Assembly (NCBI GenBank): GCA_964016885.1
Contig: OZ024741.1
Coordinates: 271,808,001 to 271,872,000, forward strand
Length of the DNA stretch: 64,000 bases
From: Eledone cirrhosa
Lineage: Eukaryota
Reading direction: 5' to 3'
Shown: positions 1-13,689 of the stretch, in pieces
How the letters are laid out: every line of letters begins with the position of its first letter
Position numbering within the stretch: position 1 is the stretch's first letter
Translations under genes and position numbers: made by a program
The notes under the pieces: generated by a model
What the model was told of the DNA's origin: nothing
Database searches by the model: none
What the model saw: the letters and a program-made list of their open reading frames with translations, nothing else

Positions 1-1150
1 GTCCTGTCAGAAACAACCGTCTCCAATTGATCCAGCTAGATCCCTAAGACCAGCCAAGCTCATGGATGTTATCCAACCATCTGGCTCAGAGTTTACTTTT
101 GAGTCTCTTGCCTGTAAAATCTGTCCAGCCATTTTTCCTTAGACATTCTAATGTCTGGAGCAACTCTCTGATCTCCAAGGTTTCCTCTATTGAGTAACGT
201 TATTCCATAGACAACCCCATTCTGGCCGCTTGTATTTGCAATCATATTCTTTCAGTCCGAAAGATTAATAAAAAAAATTAAAAAATTAAATAGAAAATAA
301 ATAGAATCCTGAAATAATACAGCCAAATCACAGATAAGACAGGGGTGTAGAGTTTGCCCTCTACCTCCCACTTTTCCTTTCTTTCAATGCTTAACCCTTT
401 TGTTACCAGGCAGCTAAAACCAGCCCTGGATCTATAAAATAAAACCACCCATTTTAAAGGTTTCCAATTTAAATTAAAATCTTCCAGCATAATTTTATAC
501 AAGAACCTTACTTTAAGTTACTATCTTAGTAATGATGCAATTAATAATTTAAGTAAATCCCACAAAATTTTTCATTAATTAATTTAAATTGTATTTTATT
601 AGAAAGGGTTAATACTACGTTTTCCTCTTCTTTCTCTTCCTAATCATTTTTTATGCTTCATTTAAATATCATTATTATTATTACATATAATATTAACTTT
701 GCCTTTCATCCTTTCGGGGTCGATAAAATAAAGTACCAGTAATACACTGGATAATTGCTGGCCTTGTGCCAAATGTAGAAACAATTATTACATTTAAATA
801 TCATTATTATTATTACATATAAAAATGAGAAAACTCATTAACTGTTAAAACAGCTAAATGCTGTCAAAGACATCGATGAGCAAAAATGCCCCAGAGGACA
901 GAGACCAACGGTCAACAGAGAGACAATCCACACAGTGGGCGACAGGCAGATGAAATACTAAAAAGATTGAAAGAGGAGGAGGACAAGAAGTGTGCTGGCA
1001 CACAGAAGTGACTGGAAGAAGGAAATAAAGAAAGACAATGTCCAAGACAATTTTACACACACACATCTTCACTCTCATCAGCTCTCAAACCTGCAAAATG
1101 GTTTCACACAATTATTTGATTGTAAATATTACTGACTAAATTATACCTAC

Positions 1151-1288
1151 TTGAATAACATGTTTATCCACAAACAGGAACATTGACTGTTCGGCATTGC
1201 TGATGATCAATGCTGACTTCTGGTTGCGAATTGCCACTAGATGGAGCAACTGTTTCTCATATTCATGATGTGAAAATTCAAAGACAGT
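1151..1288 (-). CDS. C6orf62: C6orf62 homologue, coding exon 5 (final exon probably left of the window)
   Basis: TTTTCAG acceptor, TVFEFSHHEYEKQLLHLVAIRNQKSALIISNAEQSMFLFVDKHVIQ, GTAGGT donor; 138 nt. No exon matching the expected C-terminus was found in 1-1150. Confidence 0.88.
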
Positions 1289-1736
1289 CTGAAAATTTCA
1301 AATTGGATACTTTGGTTATAATTTTTTTAAATTTAGATTTGAAATGTGTCCATCCCAACGCAAATGACCATAATAATAGTTGATCATACACACACACATA
1401 TATATATATAAATAAACGTAAGTATGTATGTATACGTACATACATATATGTATACAGACGTACAGTAGCATGTATATATATATATATATATATATACATA
1501 CATCTGTATACATATATGTATGTACGTATACATACATACTTACATTTAAGTAAGTGCCATACTAAGAGTGAGAAATTAAATTAAATTTCATTTCATTCTA
1601 TTCCATTCCATTTTATCGTTTTCGGTGTGCCTGGCCGACTGAACTCACTCGATATGCAAATTAGGCTGCTCAGCCGTTAATTTTCATAAGGAAAGTATAT
1701 ACTTTCGAACGTTCAACCATCTGGCAGAAGGGTATA

Positions 1737-1777
1737 CGGTGCTGACGATAGCTAACAAGCTTGAAACTAGTACATCG
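1737..1777 (+). ncRNA. Minimal type-I hammerhead ribozyme motif
   Basis: cggtg-CTGACGA-t.agct.aaca.agct.t-GAAA-ctag-TA-catcg, with palindromic ACTAGT. Confidence 0.6.
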
Positions 1778-2089
1778 TTCCTGTGTCAGTGTTGAACAAA
1801 AAGGTCACGTGGTTGCCTTAACACCGTACGGCATAAATCAGGCTGTCCGTTTGTTTACAAACGAACAAAGCGAACATTATAATAAATGTTCACTAAACTG
1901 ATACGTACATATATATACGTGTGCCTGTATGTATATATATATATATATATATACATGCTACTGTACGTCTGTATACATATATGTATGTACGTATACATAC
2001 ATACTTACATTTAAGTAAGTGCCGTACTAAGAGTGAGAAATGAAATTTCATTTCATTCTATTCCATTTTATATATATATATATATATAT

Positions 2090-2433
2090 GGAGGCACATG
2101 GCTTAGTGGTTAGAGCATTGGCCTTGCAATCGAAAGGTTGTGAGTTCAATTCTCAGACCGAGTGATGTGTTGTTTCCTTGAGCAAAACACTTTATTTCAC
2201 ATTGCTCCAGTTTACTCAGCTGTAGAAATGAGATGATAGGGACTGGGGTCCATATCATTCCACTGCAAAGTGGTCGTGGAGGCGCCACGGCAAAAAAGCA
2301 CCCAGCACTCACTGTAAATGAGGTTGGTGTTAGGAAGGGCATCCAGCTGTAGAAATCAAGCCAGAATCAGTTCCCGTCCCACCCTTGCAAGCAGGGAAAA
2401 AGTGGACGTAAAATGAAATGATGATGAAATGAA
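2090..2433 (+). mobile_element. tRNA-derived SINE family B (RTE-like tail); other copies ~22166-22510(+), ~53265-53659(-), ~58396-58699(-), ~27050-27490(-)
   Basis: A box TGGCTTAGTGG, B box GTTCAATTC, central CCTTGAGCAA.ACACTT, and a tail GGTGTTAGGAAGGGCATCCAGCTGTAGAA...(GAT)n shared with the RTE 3' UTR. Confidence 0.88.
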
Positions 2434-2631
2434 ATATCATTATCATCTGTTTAGCGTTCGTTTTCCATGAGTCAAACAATCCAGTCACAACATAAAACAA
2501 GTCTGGCCAGATTGGCCGCGATGAACCGTGTTCAGACTGATCTCCCAGACAAGCCAGGGATCTGTATCTCGCTTACATATGGACCCATGAGAGATACATA
2601 CATATATGTGTGTATATGTATGTATATGTGT

Positions 2632-3243
2632 ATCATCATCATCATCATCGTTTAACGTCCATCTTCCACGCTTGCATGGGTTTGGACGGGAGTTTTCCCA
2701 CTTGAGGCAAGATTGGTTATCCTGCTCGTATAGGACTGTCTGGCGGGTTTTCTACGGCTGGATGCCTTTCCTAACACCAACCACGTTTACAGTGTGGACT
2801 GGGAGGTTTTTACCGTGTTACCTACATGGCCACATTACAGCGTGGACTGTGTTTTTTTTGTCGTGACACCTACACCACCTCATTTGTTTCGGACTGGATG
2901 TTGTGGTACCAACATAGCTTCACATTTAGGGGGGGGGGGGGGGGTATTTTGTTAGAGGTGCTTGCCTACTGACTGTTTGGTTTCGCTTTGTACTTAGGCA
3001 AGGCGGGTCTTCTGTATAACTGTGTAGCGCCAAAGATCTCGGTCCAGTGACATTGTCTTGGAGAAGTGTGTGTGAGGTCGGAATTTATCAAGTCGCCCCA
3101 GGTTTTTCTGGGTCTGCCTACTCAGTGGCTACCATCTATTTTTATCGCCCTGCACTTTTTTATACAGCTGTCGTCTTTCATGCGCATCACGTGACCGTAC
3201 CAACGTAGTCTTCTCTCGAGTAAACAACATCTGATCCATCTTA
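2632..3243 (-). mobile_element. RTE 3' fragment in a C6orf62 intron
   Basis: Same C-terminus (RLRWYGHV/GRPRKTW) and 3' UTR as the 44181 copy. Confidence 0.85.
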
Positions 3244-3839
3244 TATATACATATATATACATCATCATCATCACCACCACCATTTAATGTCAATTTTCTA
3301 CATTAGCATGGTTTAGACAGGTTGTCCTATTTGAGGCAAATTGAGGTCAGATGACCTTGTCTTGCTCATACAGAAATGGTTTTGGCTTGGTTTCTATGGC
3401 TGGATGCCCTTCCTATTGCCAACCACATTTACAGTGTGGACTGGGTGCTTTTTGTTGTGACACTTACACGACCAAGTGGACTGGATGTTCTGTGGTACCA
3501 ACATAACTTTACAGGGAAATATATTTATATAATAAATTATACCTAAATATATATATAACCAGTTGACTTAAGAAGCATTGAGACAATTTCCAATTTGAAA
3601 TGTGTGCATTCAAACACAAATAACTAAAATAGTCAATTACATATATACAAATATATATATAATTATACCTGTATATAGTTGTTTTATAATCTAGGTTAGT
3701 TGATTGTTACTGTTGAATTATAATAACCACACACGTTACACACCCACAACACACAGTACACCTTCACCTACTTATATACTGTACATATCAGTACACATTA
3801 CCTCACACACACGCTATACACACACTATAACTCACTGGG

Positions 3840-4135
3840 AAGAAAAACTTAACTCCTCATCTGTAACAACAATGGAGATAAAGGTGAGCAAGGCACTACC
3901 CCTGGAGCAGATACAAACTATGCAGTGTGGAAATGCCTAAACAGACTAAGATCTGGTGTTGGACGTGCAAAAGTCACTCTTGCAAAATGGGGATATTTAA
4001 AAGATGGGACGTTGTGGGAGACTGGCATTGAACCAGACTACACAGCACCTCCTGATATGCCCCCTGCACAGCATTGGACTTGGCAGAGTTTAATGAGAAA
4101 AGACAGCAATGTGTTTAGCTGTGGCAGAACCACAT
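3840..4135 (+). mobile_element. Vingi/Ingi-like non-LTR retrotransposon 3' fragment
   Basis: WKCLNRLRSGVGRAKVTLAKWGY resembles the Vingi C-terminal motif as I recall it. Confidence 0.55.
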
Positions 4136-4479
4136 CTAGCCAAGCTTTGTAACCAACACTCTTGTAGACACAAGAACTACAACCACACATACACCTTCCT
4201 ATACAGTGTATGTATATCACTAGACACTCACCACAGCCACTACACCAACCTTTACAGTGTATATATCATTATACACTCACCACCACCACTACAACCTATA
4301 CAGTGTATATATATCACTATCCAACAACCACTACACCAACCTATACACAACTACTACACCTACCTATAAACCACAACTACTACACCAACCTATACACAAC
4401 AACCACTACACCTACCTTTACACCACAACCACTTAATACACCTACCTATACAATATACATATATATCGCTATACTTTAC

Positions 4480-4602
4480 CTGTAGGGGCTTAAACTTGCC
4501 ATTATCCCCTTTCCATCTTGAAAAAAGTAAGCATTCAATCTTGTCAATGTCCTTACGAGGCCACAACATGAAATCCATGTCTGATGCACAACCCAGCACA
4601 TC
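4480..4602 (-). CDS. C6orf62: C6orf62 homologue, coding exon 4
   Basis: CCTCAG acceptor, DVLGCASDMDFMLWPRKDIDKIECLLFSRWKGDNGKFKPLQ, GTAAAG donor; 123 nt. Confidence 0.92.
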
Positions 4603-5465
4603 CTGAGGGAGAAATATAAAAAATTGAATATTAAAAGTAAACAGAAAAGGAAGAGGCTATGTAGCCGGTCCCCATAAAATAGACTCCCAGGCTATGTAGC
4701 CGGTTAAGAGTGTCAGACACCACGAGTTGCAGCCTGAGTTAAGATAATTTAAAATCTTTACCACCATCAATTGTTAAAAAACAAGTTAAAATCATTTAGT
4801 CGTCCGTTCATAACATACGTTATGCTTTAGTTACATACACATCTACATGTAAATACATAAACAGATACAGACAACAAAAGTGGAAACCCACACATACACT
4901 CATACATATTCATAGACATTATACAAAATAATTACTACATACACATCTATGAATGATTGAGGAAGAAAGGGGCTGGAGAAACACTATAGAGATACGTGTG
5001 TTGCGTCTCTCTATGGTTTACTGACTACATAGCCTATTCAAACAGAAAACACACCATCCCCCCAAAAAAAACATAGAAGTGAATCTTCTCTATGTTCTTG
5101 TGGAAATTACCCAGAGACTCTATGGCTCTATGACTGCCACCCTGACCAATCCCCCCCCCCCCCCACACACACACACATTCACAAAAGTTAAGGTGAAAAA
5201 TCAAAATACAGGTAACCTTCTTTACTGATAGCTCCACACACACACAACTCACTCCAGATCGCCACAGAAGTTAAGATGAACAATCAAGAGACAGGTTACC
5301 TTCCTCACTGGTAGCACCCACCCCCATCCACCACCCACCCCACACCTTCACAGAAGTTAAGGTGAAGAATCAAGATAGGTCATCTTCCTCACTGATAGCC
5401 CCCTGCCACACACCTTATATATATATATATATGTATATACACACATCAAAACATAGGTTACTTAC

Positions 5466-5555
5466 CTTCCTCATTGACTGCCAACGAGTGGCATGAAGTT
5501 GGACAATGTCTTTCTCCAACAGTTCCTTTGTACTCTCATAGGAATAAGCTTCTTC
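5466..5555 (-). CDS. C6orf62: C6orf62 homologue, coding exon 3
   Basis: TTCTAG acceptor, EEAYSYESTKELLEKDIVQLHATRWQSMRK, GTAAG donor; 90 nt. Confidence 0.9.
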
Positions 5556-6806
5556 CTAGAAACAGATAGAAAGGAAATAACATATGATTTCTATTTAGAC
5601 ACAAGGCCAGCAATGTAAAAGGGCAAAATCAATTATAGAGACCCCCAGTACATGACGGGTACATTATTTTATCAATTCCAAAATGATGAAAGGCAAAGTT
5701 GACTTCAGCAGGATTTGAACTCTCAGAATATAAAGAAATAGAGCAAATACTGCAAAGCACTTTTTCAGTGCAGCTCTACCGATTCTGCCAATCTACCACC
5801 CCACCCCCTTTTATCAAATATGAGATAATAAACAAGAAATGGGAGCTGTGCAAAATGCTATGGTATAATTAAATCATAATAATTTACTCTGACATATCAT
5901 CATCTTAGGGCTGTTTTCCATGATGGCATGCGTTGGATGGGTTATCTCGGTTTGCGATTAGATGGGTCAGGGGATGACGTCTTGCTCATATATTCCATTT
6001 TTGGCACGAGTTCTAAAGCTGGGAAGCCCTTCCTAACACCAACCACTTACAGAGTGTACTGGGTTAATTTAATCATGCCGCCAGCACTATCACTTATAAT
6101 ACACTGTGCATTTTATTGTGACACCAGCACTACCACTTTACAGAATGCACAGGGAATGTTTTATCATGGCACAAGTGCTTCTACCTTAAAGAGTATACTG
6201 GGTACATTTTATCATGGCACCACCATTACCACTTTACAGAGTGTTGTGGGTACATTTTATTGTGATATATGTATAATATTATTGTCATAATTTAAACCAA
6301 CCATGGGAAAAATGTGGCTTGCGGGCTGCATGCAACCCACTTGGCTTTCTGAATTGCATGCTTAACAAAAAATTACTTTGAATCTTTTTAATAGTGTGGC
6401 CCACCCTATAAGCCAGAGAATTGGATTCACAATCTCACAATTGTGAGTTCCATTGGGTGATGCATTATGTCCTTTAACATTATTCTTTCTGCCAGGAGTT
6501 TTGACTGGTAGATAGTATCGGCAATTGTTTCCTTAGTTCGATTTGACAAGGTCCACCCCACTTGGTAAGCAAATGAGGTCTGGGATCTGGTCAATCAACT
6601 TCCTTCCTTCTATATTTATCTAAAAACCTTCATAATTTTATGTAATTAAGTTATACTCCAAACACCAGCTTAATAGTGGGAAAGTTATTTTACAAAATCC
6701 TTCCAAATCCTTGATTATTTTCAAAATTATCTGAAAACCATAGACAATGATTTCATTAAAATTATGGCAATGAAAGGGTTAAAGAAATAAAAAGAAGTAA
6801 ACTTAC

Positions 6807-6893
6807 TCTAACGCCTCGTAAAATACTGTCTTCATAGTTGTTTGTCATGACAGGGAAAACTTCCGCAACTTCAAACATAGCAGATGTTTTCTT
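6807..6893 (-). CDS. C6orf62: C6orf62 homologue, coding exon 2
   Basis: TTTTCAG acceptor, KKTSAMFEVAEVFPVMTNNYEDSILRGVR, GTAAGT donor; 87 nt, in frame. Confidence 0.9.
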
Positions 6894-9438
6894 CTGAAAA
6901 ATAAGAGAAACATTTGAATGAAACAAATAAATGACTGCATGTATATGTGTGCAGACATGGCTGTATGGTTAACGAGTTCACTGTGCAAACGTGGTTTCAG
7001 GTTCATTCCCACTGCACGGCACCTTAGCTAAGTAAGTACCTTATACCATAGCCACAGTTTCACCAATACCTTAGGAGTGAAATTTAGTAGATGGAAGCTG
7101 TGTGAAAGTCATGTGTGTATGAGTATTTAAATATTGACTTGAAAATAAGTATTGGGGTTGATATGATTGACTAAATCAAACCAAGGTGGAGTTTGGCCAC
7201 AGCCTAATGACTGAAACCAGTAAAAGAATAAAAGTATATTAATCTGAAGTTTTGATACCAAGCTGCTCCTGGGTCTATGATACAGAATTATTTTAAAATC
7301 ACAGATAATTTCTATAAATAAAAATATGGTTTTATGTGTTAATGTTGGGTTGTACATATATAGTTATAACAAACATTTACTGATGTGGCGGCTATGACAA
7401 AAAGGGTCAAGAGAACCCTTCAGTTGTGTCAAAGACACAGCAGTCTTATAGTGATGTCAAAGACACAGCAGTCTTATAGTGATGTCACAGAAATACACTT
7501 GGTAGGGTATATGACTGTATGTAAGCGAGATGCAGACCCACAGCCTATCTGTTAGATAATGACCATATCTTGGATGATGGGTACATTAGGTTCTCCAATG
7601 CAGTCATTCTTAGAAATAATAATTATTAAGGGCAGTGGATTGGTAGTATCAGTAAAGTATCAGACACCATGCTTTAAGGCATAGAGTTACAACCCTTTGC
7701 GTTCTGATTTTGAATCCTGTCAAGGTTAGCTTTGTCTGTTATCCTTACAAGGTCGATAAAATAAAGCACCAGTAATTCACTGGGGTCAATTTAATCGATT
7801 TTCTCCTCCCCTTTAAATTACTGGCCTTGTGCCTAAAGTAGAAACAGTTATTAGTCTATGTGTATATAAGACCCAGATGTCACAACAGTGTCAAACAAAC
7901 TAAAGGTCAACACCATGACAGTGAAAAGAAAAATAATTATATTAACAGAGTTGATATGGTGCAGCTGCACTCATAATTCATTCATTCAAAACCATTCCCT
8001 GCTATTGCATTGTCTCTTTCTCTACTGTCAATGCTTTGCAAATGATTTTGAATATAAAGAATTTGGAGGGATTTTTTCACATAACTTGTTATTTGGGGAC
8101 TCTTCAGTTGTGGTGATCTACACGATAAAGATACTCAGTACTCTCTGTAAGGTGGTTGGTAATAGGAAGGGCATCTAACCATAAAAATACCTGCCAAAGA
8201 GTCGTAAGGATTCCAGCTGTGTGGCAGCCTCCCTAGTGCTGGTGCCAAGATAAAAATGTAATAGAGAGAAGCAGGCCTACGGCCTGACTGGGCACTTAGT
8301 AGAGGGCAGAGATGTATGTAAGCAAGATGCAGGCCCCCAACCCATTTAAAGGATCAGTAAATCCCCTTGAGTACTGACCCAGTCTGTGACAACCTATCTA
8401 ACCCTTGCCAGCAGAGAAAAGTCAATCTCGAGTGCTGCAGCTCATCAGGATGGTGCTTATCCCAGTTTCTGCAGCGTAAAATGACAGAGAACAAGACCAC
8501 CACCCCCTGGACAGGATGCCTGTCTATTGCAGGGTTAAACACTCCAGCTATTGCTGGTACTCATTTTATGAGGCTGTTGGGTTCTCGTGACCCGTTTTGT
8601 TATAGCCACCTCATAAGTAAATTTTTTATTTATATAACTATAAATCTACAACACATTAATACTTTCAAATGTTTATAGTATCTTTTTACTAGAAGACAGG
8701 GCATTGTGAAAATTTGCAGTATTTGAGTATAATGTGATGTAATTGCATTGTTTTGTACTTTTTAAGAATGTCTTGCTAATGTGGTCCCATACAGGATGTT
8801 AAGAGTTAATAATTAATTTTATCAAAACCCTCAATATTCTCTCAATTTTTAAAATCAGTGTTTCCCAGAATTGAAGATGCTATTTTCTTCCCAAAATAAA
8901 TCTGGAAAATTTACTGAGTCTTAGAAACTGAAGGTTATATTAGGTTTAGGCCTCTGCTTTTTGGTTTTTTTCAAAATCTATCCACATTGTCCACTTTCTC
9001 AGATGGGTCAGTGACCAATCTCATTCTTTACATTCCATATTTGACAGTTTTACAACTGGATGTCCTAACACCAACTACTTTACAGGGTGTACTGAGTGTG
9101 CTTTTTGTGACACCACCACTCTACAGAGTGGACTGGGTGCATTTTATCATGGTACCAAAACAACACCTTACAGGGAGGACTGGGTGTGTTTTTACGACAC
9201 CACCACCACTACAGAGTGAACTGGGTGTATTTTATCATGGTTCCAACACCTAACACTTTACAGGATGTACTGGGAGCATTCTATCGTGGAACCAGTAGTA
9301 GAGAGGTTGTCATACGCTAGGCCAAGCTGAAGAGACCTCTCAAATTCGACATTATCTGTGTTCAATTGTCAAAGACTGTAGTCTCTGGTCTCTCACCACA
9401 TTTACACGATATTTCATTAGAAAGGGTTTGATACATAC

Positions 9439-9567
9439 CTTGTCTTTGAAATGGAACAAAATGTACATCTTGAAGTCAAAATGATCTGCTAGAGATTCTC
9501 GTTTCTTTCTCAGTCGATGCCTCAGCCGGTTAACGGCAGCCTGCTTGCGGGTATAGGAATCCCCCAT
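9439..9567 (-). CDS. C6orf62: C6orf62 homologue, coding exon 1
   Basis: MGDSYTRKQAAVNRLRHRLRKKRESLADHFDFKMYILFHFKDK resembles the human C6orf62 N-terminus as I recall it ([24 protein letters not shown]). 129 nt, ending at a phase-0 GTATGT donor. Confidence 0.9.
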
Positions 9568-10907
9568 CCTATAATAGATTTCCTCTTTTCCTTTTTATAA
9601 TTTAAATAGATTCCTCAACAATAGGTTTGAACCTTCTATGGAGAGATGCGCTTGAAAACTTATTATTATTATTACTATTATAAATACCTAAGATGGTTTT
9701 ACTGTAGATGACAATAGGGAGAGGGGGGGGGGAGTGGTGAGATCAAGTAGATAAGTATAGATTAACTTATACACACTGGGAAAATTTATTATTATCAACA
9801 AGCAAAAAATGATAATTTGTTTGCCTTTTCTTTGTTAGGTTATTTAGTGGGGGATTAACTTTCTGAAAACTTTTTGATTTTTTTTTTAAAGTGCTATCTT
9901 GAATTTACTGAAAAATTAAACCTTCCAAAAATAAATATTTTTAAACCAAACTAAAAACAAAACAAAAATAAAACTTGAGCCACAGAAATCTATAACACAA
10001 TTTTGGGCAGGGTTGGGGGGGGGGGGGGGCCTCAATACTATAGAATATTGGAAAATAGTTTCAAATTGAACCTGGCACTTTAGCCGTCAGTAAAAGGCAA
10101 TCATACATATGTATGTATTTATATATGTATATATATATATATGTATGTATGTATGTATGTACATATATATATGGAGCCAATGGAATTTCTCTCACAAAGA
10201 CTACAGAAACTTTTTAACCTGTACAATATTGGCTATTCATGCTTGCACCCAATTTAAGGCTTAAGTTAAAAATTCTTGCACCGCCCAATAATCACCTCCA
10301 AAATATTATCTTAATATTCTTTATTCATTATTCCATCTTATTTGACAAACTATGTTAATAAATAACACTATCAGTGGAGTTTTTTTTATTTTAATTCTGG
10401 GTTTTTTGTTCTTCCTGTCCCCTCATCAAAGAATCTAAACCTAAAGAATTTTTTTTGCGAGTTTTTTTTAATTATTTTAAACTTTTTGGTTTAAACCACC
10501 AAATTTTTCAGAAAAAACCCACTATACTTGTGTTTGTTTTGTTTTGTTTTTTTTGGTTTTTAAAACTTTTGTTTTCCCTTTCAAATATATTTCCTAAATA
10601 TATAATTATGTCATAGTTGTCACCTGTTTTGTTTATTTTAGAACGAGATTTTCAGCCCTTATATCCATACCGCAAATATATTATATATAACTCTCTCTTT
10701 TTGCCCAACAGCTAAGTCATTCAGTATTTATATATATACATGTAGACTTAAACATATCGGTTTTCTCATCAGAGAAAAGGAATGGAGAAGGGGAATATAG
10801 GATTGTGTAGATTTATAGTTATATATTTTTTTTTTTCAGTTTTTACAAACTAACATACATATTTATGTGGGATTTTTTTAAATATTATAAATCTACATTT
10901 TTTTAAA

Positions 10908-10940
<33 letters not shown>

Positions 10941-12532
10941 TATTTTTAATTGGATTTTTGTGAGGTTTAAAAAAAAATTCTCACCTTCACGAACACAAAA
11001 TCTATAATTTGCATCACTAATTATTTTTTTTTTTTGTAAATTTTTCGCAGTATTAAGAAAGAAAAAGATGTTAATAAAATGACATTAACAAAAAATACAT
11101 TTTAATTTTTTTTTTCTTTAACCCACTTTTTTTTTTCTTTTCAAAAATATATCTTTCTTTGAAGAAACTTCAAAGCATTTATAAACTGACCTATTCACAC
11201 ATACATACATGCACACGTCTATTATACACACTATTATGAGAAAAAATTATATATATTTCGATATATATATATATATTTACTCAACAAGATTCTAATGAAA
11301 AAAAAAGTAAAAGAGTAGTTAGTGATGCTAATAGGACTGATGAATGGGAAGGTGGTGGAGATGGGACACCAATTTCATCAACATGCCCTTGGACAATGTA
11401 AGTTCTTCGCAACATAGATAGAAGACCCAATGAAAGGTCCGGTTTCAAATGCGACTTCGTCATTTTTCCTAGAGATTTTTTTTAAAATAATTATTTACTT
11501 TTTTTTTTTTTTTTTTTCAAACACAAATCCCAATTCCTCTTAAGATGTCATCCTGAAAAATACTGTTCAATATACACTATATATATATATATACATATAT
11601 ATAGATAAATTATATTTATTTATACATATTTATATAACTCATTTCACATGTTAAACAGACCCCCATAGAAGATAAGGGGGGCCGTAGGAAGAATATATAG
11701 AAGTTTAGGAAGAAAATGAGGAAGGAGAGAGAGTTGGGGGAATGGCAAGTGGCCAGTATATTATTATTTTAGAGTGGTTTGTTGTTGAAATGTTTAATCA
11801 AAACAACAGAGTCTGCAGAGAAGGGAGATCAACAGCAGCGGTGGGCATGCTGAGGTGGCTAATAATGTGATCACTGGACGCAATGGGGGTGGTGACGGAT
11901 GCGAAAGAAGCTATTAGCGGAGGAGGAGCAGTGACGGAGACAGAGAGGTGTGGTGGAGGAGGCAGCTGAATCGACAGAGGCAAAGAACAACAAAGATTAT
12001 CACAAGTGGTGGCAGAAACTACCCCGTTCATACCCGTTGCTAGCCACTTCATGCTGAAATCGGTTTTGCAGCAGATAAGAAACACACACACAGATTTCCA
12101 AAAAAAAAAAAAAAAACTGTAAATATCTATTCTCAACTTGCAAGCATATTGAAAAAAATTTGTTTTCAGTCAAGCAAACTAGATTGTTTGGCTTAGCTAA
12201 GATATAGACGTATTGTAATAAATATAATTATTACATAAACCTAATTCGAGAGTATGAGAAATCATTAGTGCATACATACATACAAAAAATAACAATTAAG
12301 GAAATTTGTAGGGTTAAATTTGGGATTTTAAGATTTCACCTTATTCCCTCCCATCTAATTTAAGTAATCCTTATCTTATGTCTATATACATGTTGCTATA
12401 ATGAGATACGTACACAAAAATACATATACAAGCTTAAACGTATAATGTGTATGTATGTATAATGTTTTTTGTTTAAGTTATTGTGCGAGTTAATATTTCA
12501 CTTAAAGCTAATATATTATTACCATTTCTGAT

Positions 12533-13519
12533 CTATTTAATTAAATCTACAAATGAAGAAGATATGAGCTGGTCATGGGATGGTAGGAAATTGAGAGTTA
12601 CAAACAAGCTTTTCTCATCAAGACGGTTCCATTGGCAATCATTTCCGAGCCATTGTGATGATGATGATGATGATGATGATGGTAGTGGTGATGTTAATGA
12701 TGATGATGGCTGTTGTGTATCGTCACTGCTATTTGAACGTCGTTTCTTCTTGTTACTACTACTGCTGCTGCTGTTGTTGGTGGTAGCGATGTCACCCTGG
12801 TCTGTAATGGTGGTCGTGTACTTGTTACTGACAGGGTAGAAGTAAGAAGAGACGGATACAGATGTAAGTGGAGTGTTTTGTGCGTTAGCTGAGACGGACG
12901 AGTAGTTGTTAGTGGTGGAGACAGTGGTTATGTTGTTTGTATTGTTGATGGTGATGCTCTTTCTAATGGAGTTTGTGTTGGCGATATTGGTCTTAGTGAT
13001 AATATCTGTACTTCTACTGCTGTTGTTGTTGTTGTTAATGTCTATGTTGGTGTTATTGATATTGTGATGCGCTGTTAGGAACAAGAGAGATAAAAAATTG
13101 TCAACAACAGTAAATAAGGCTATAGAAATGGTAGTTATAGAAGTAAGAACAGCAAGGGCAGCGGCTATAAGTTTAGTATTGTTATTGGAGACTCCAGTAA
13201 GTTGGCGAAGATGATGAGAGTGGTAATAATAATAATAACAATAGCTGTAGTAGTAATAGTAATGGAGTTGTTGAGGCAAGGGGCGTTGACGTTGACAACA
13301 AAGATGATAATAATAATTATTATTATTATTACTATAATTACAACAAGATTTGATGGTGGTGGGTCTCTCTGCCAACAGGGATGTTATGTATATATTATAT
13401 GGTCCTTCGTCAACATCCATGGTCGATGTATGAGGCAGTGCCGAGAAAGGCACGACAGCATATTTCCTGCTACGGCAAGCTTCTGCATGAGATTCAGTGG
13501 AAGATTTGCTGACTGACAA
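12533..13519 (-). CDS. Putative 328-aa low-complexity upstream ORF (N/S/T/Y runs, one hydrophobic segment) ahead of C6orf62
   Basis: Open frame across several trinucleotide tracts, on the same strand as C6orf62 and just downstream of promoter motifs. No recognisable homology. Confidence 0.3.
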   Translation of the reverse strand: MSVSKSSTESHAEACRSRKYAVVPFSALPHTSTMDVDEGPYNIYITSLLAERPTTIKSCCNYSNNNNNYYYHLCCQRQRPLPQQLHYYYYYSYCYYYYYHSHHLRQLTGVSNNNTKLIAAALAVLTSITTISIALFTVVDNFLSLLFLTAHHNINNTNIDINNNNNSSRSTDIITKTNIANTNSIRKSITINNTNNITTVSTTNNYSSVSANAQNTPLTSVSVSSYFYPVSNKYTTTITDQGDIATTNNSSSSSSNKKKRRSNSSDDTQQPSSSLTSPLPSSSSSSSSQWLGNDCQWNRLDEKSLFVTLNFLPSHDQLISSSFVDLIK

Positions 13520-13689
13520 AAATCAGTATAACAAGAGCAATGGAGGGGGGGAAATGTTTTTGGTCGTTTGTTATTATTTTTTTGTGTGTGTATGTGTGTT
13601 AATGTGTGTGTCAGGAAGAATAAGACAACAAGGTAGCTGTCCTCCTAGGTCACTATTACAGCAGAACAATAATGGAGCTTCGTAATAAG

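Noticed and set aside
854-1090. Final C6orf62 exon
   Set aside because: The candidate acceptor gives an immediate stop and there is no similarity to the expected C-terminus.
2090-2165. tRNA gene (also other SINE heads)
   Set aside because: The A/B boxes run straight into SINE bodies, and I could not fold a full cloverleaf.
8430-8480. Type-II hammerhead on the minus strand (GAAA...CTGATGA)
   Set aside because: Stems I and III do not pair in register; it looks like a SINE tail.
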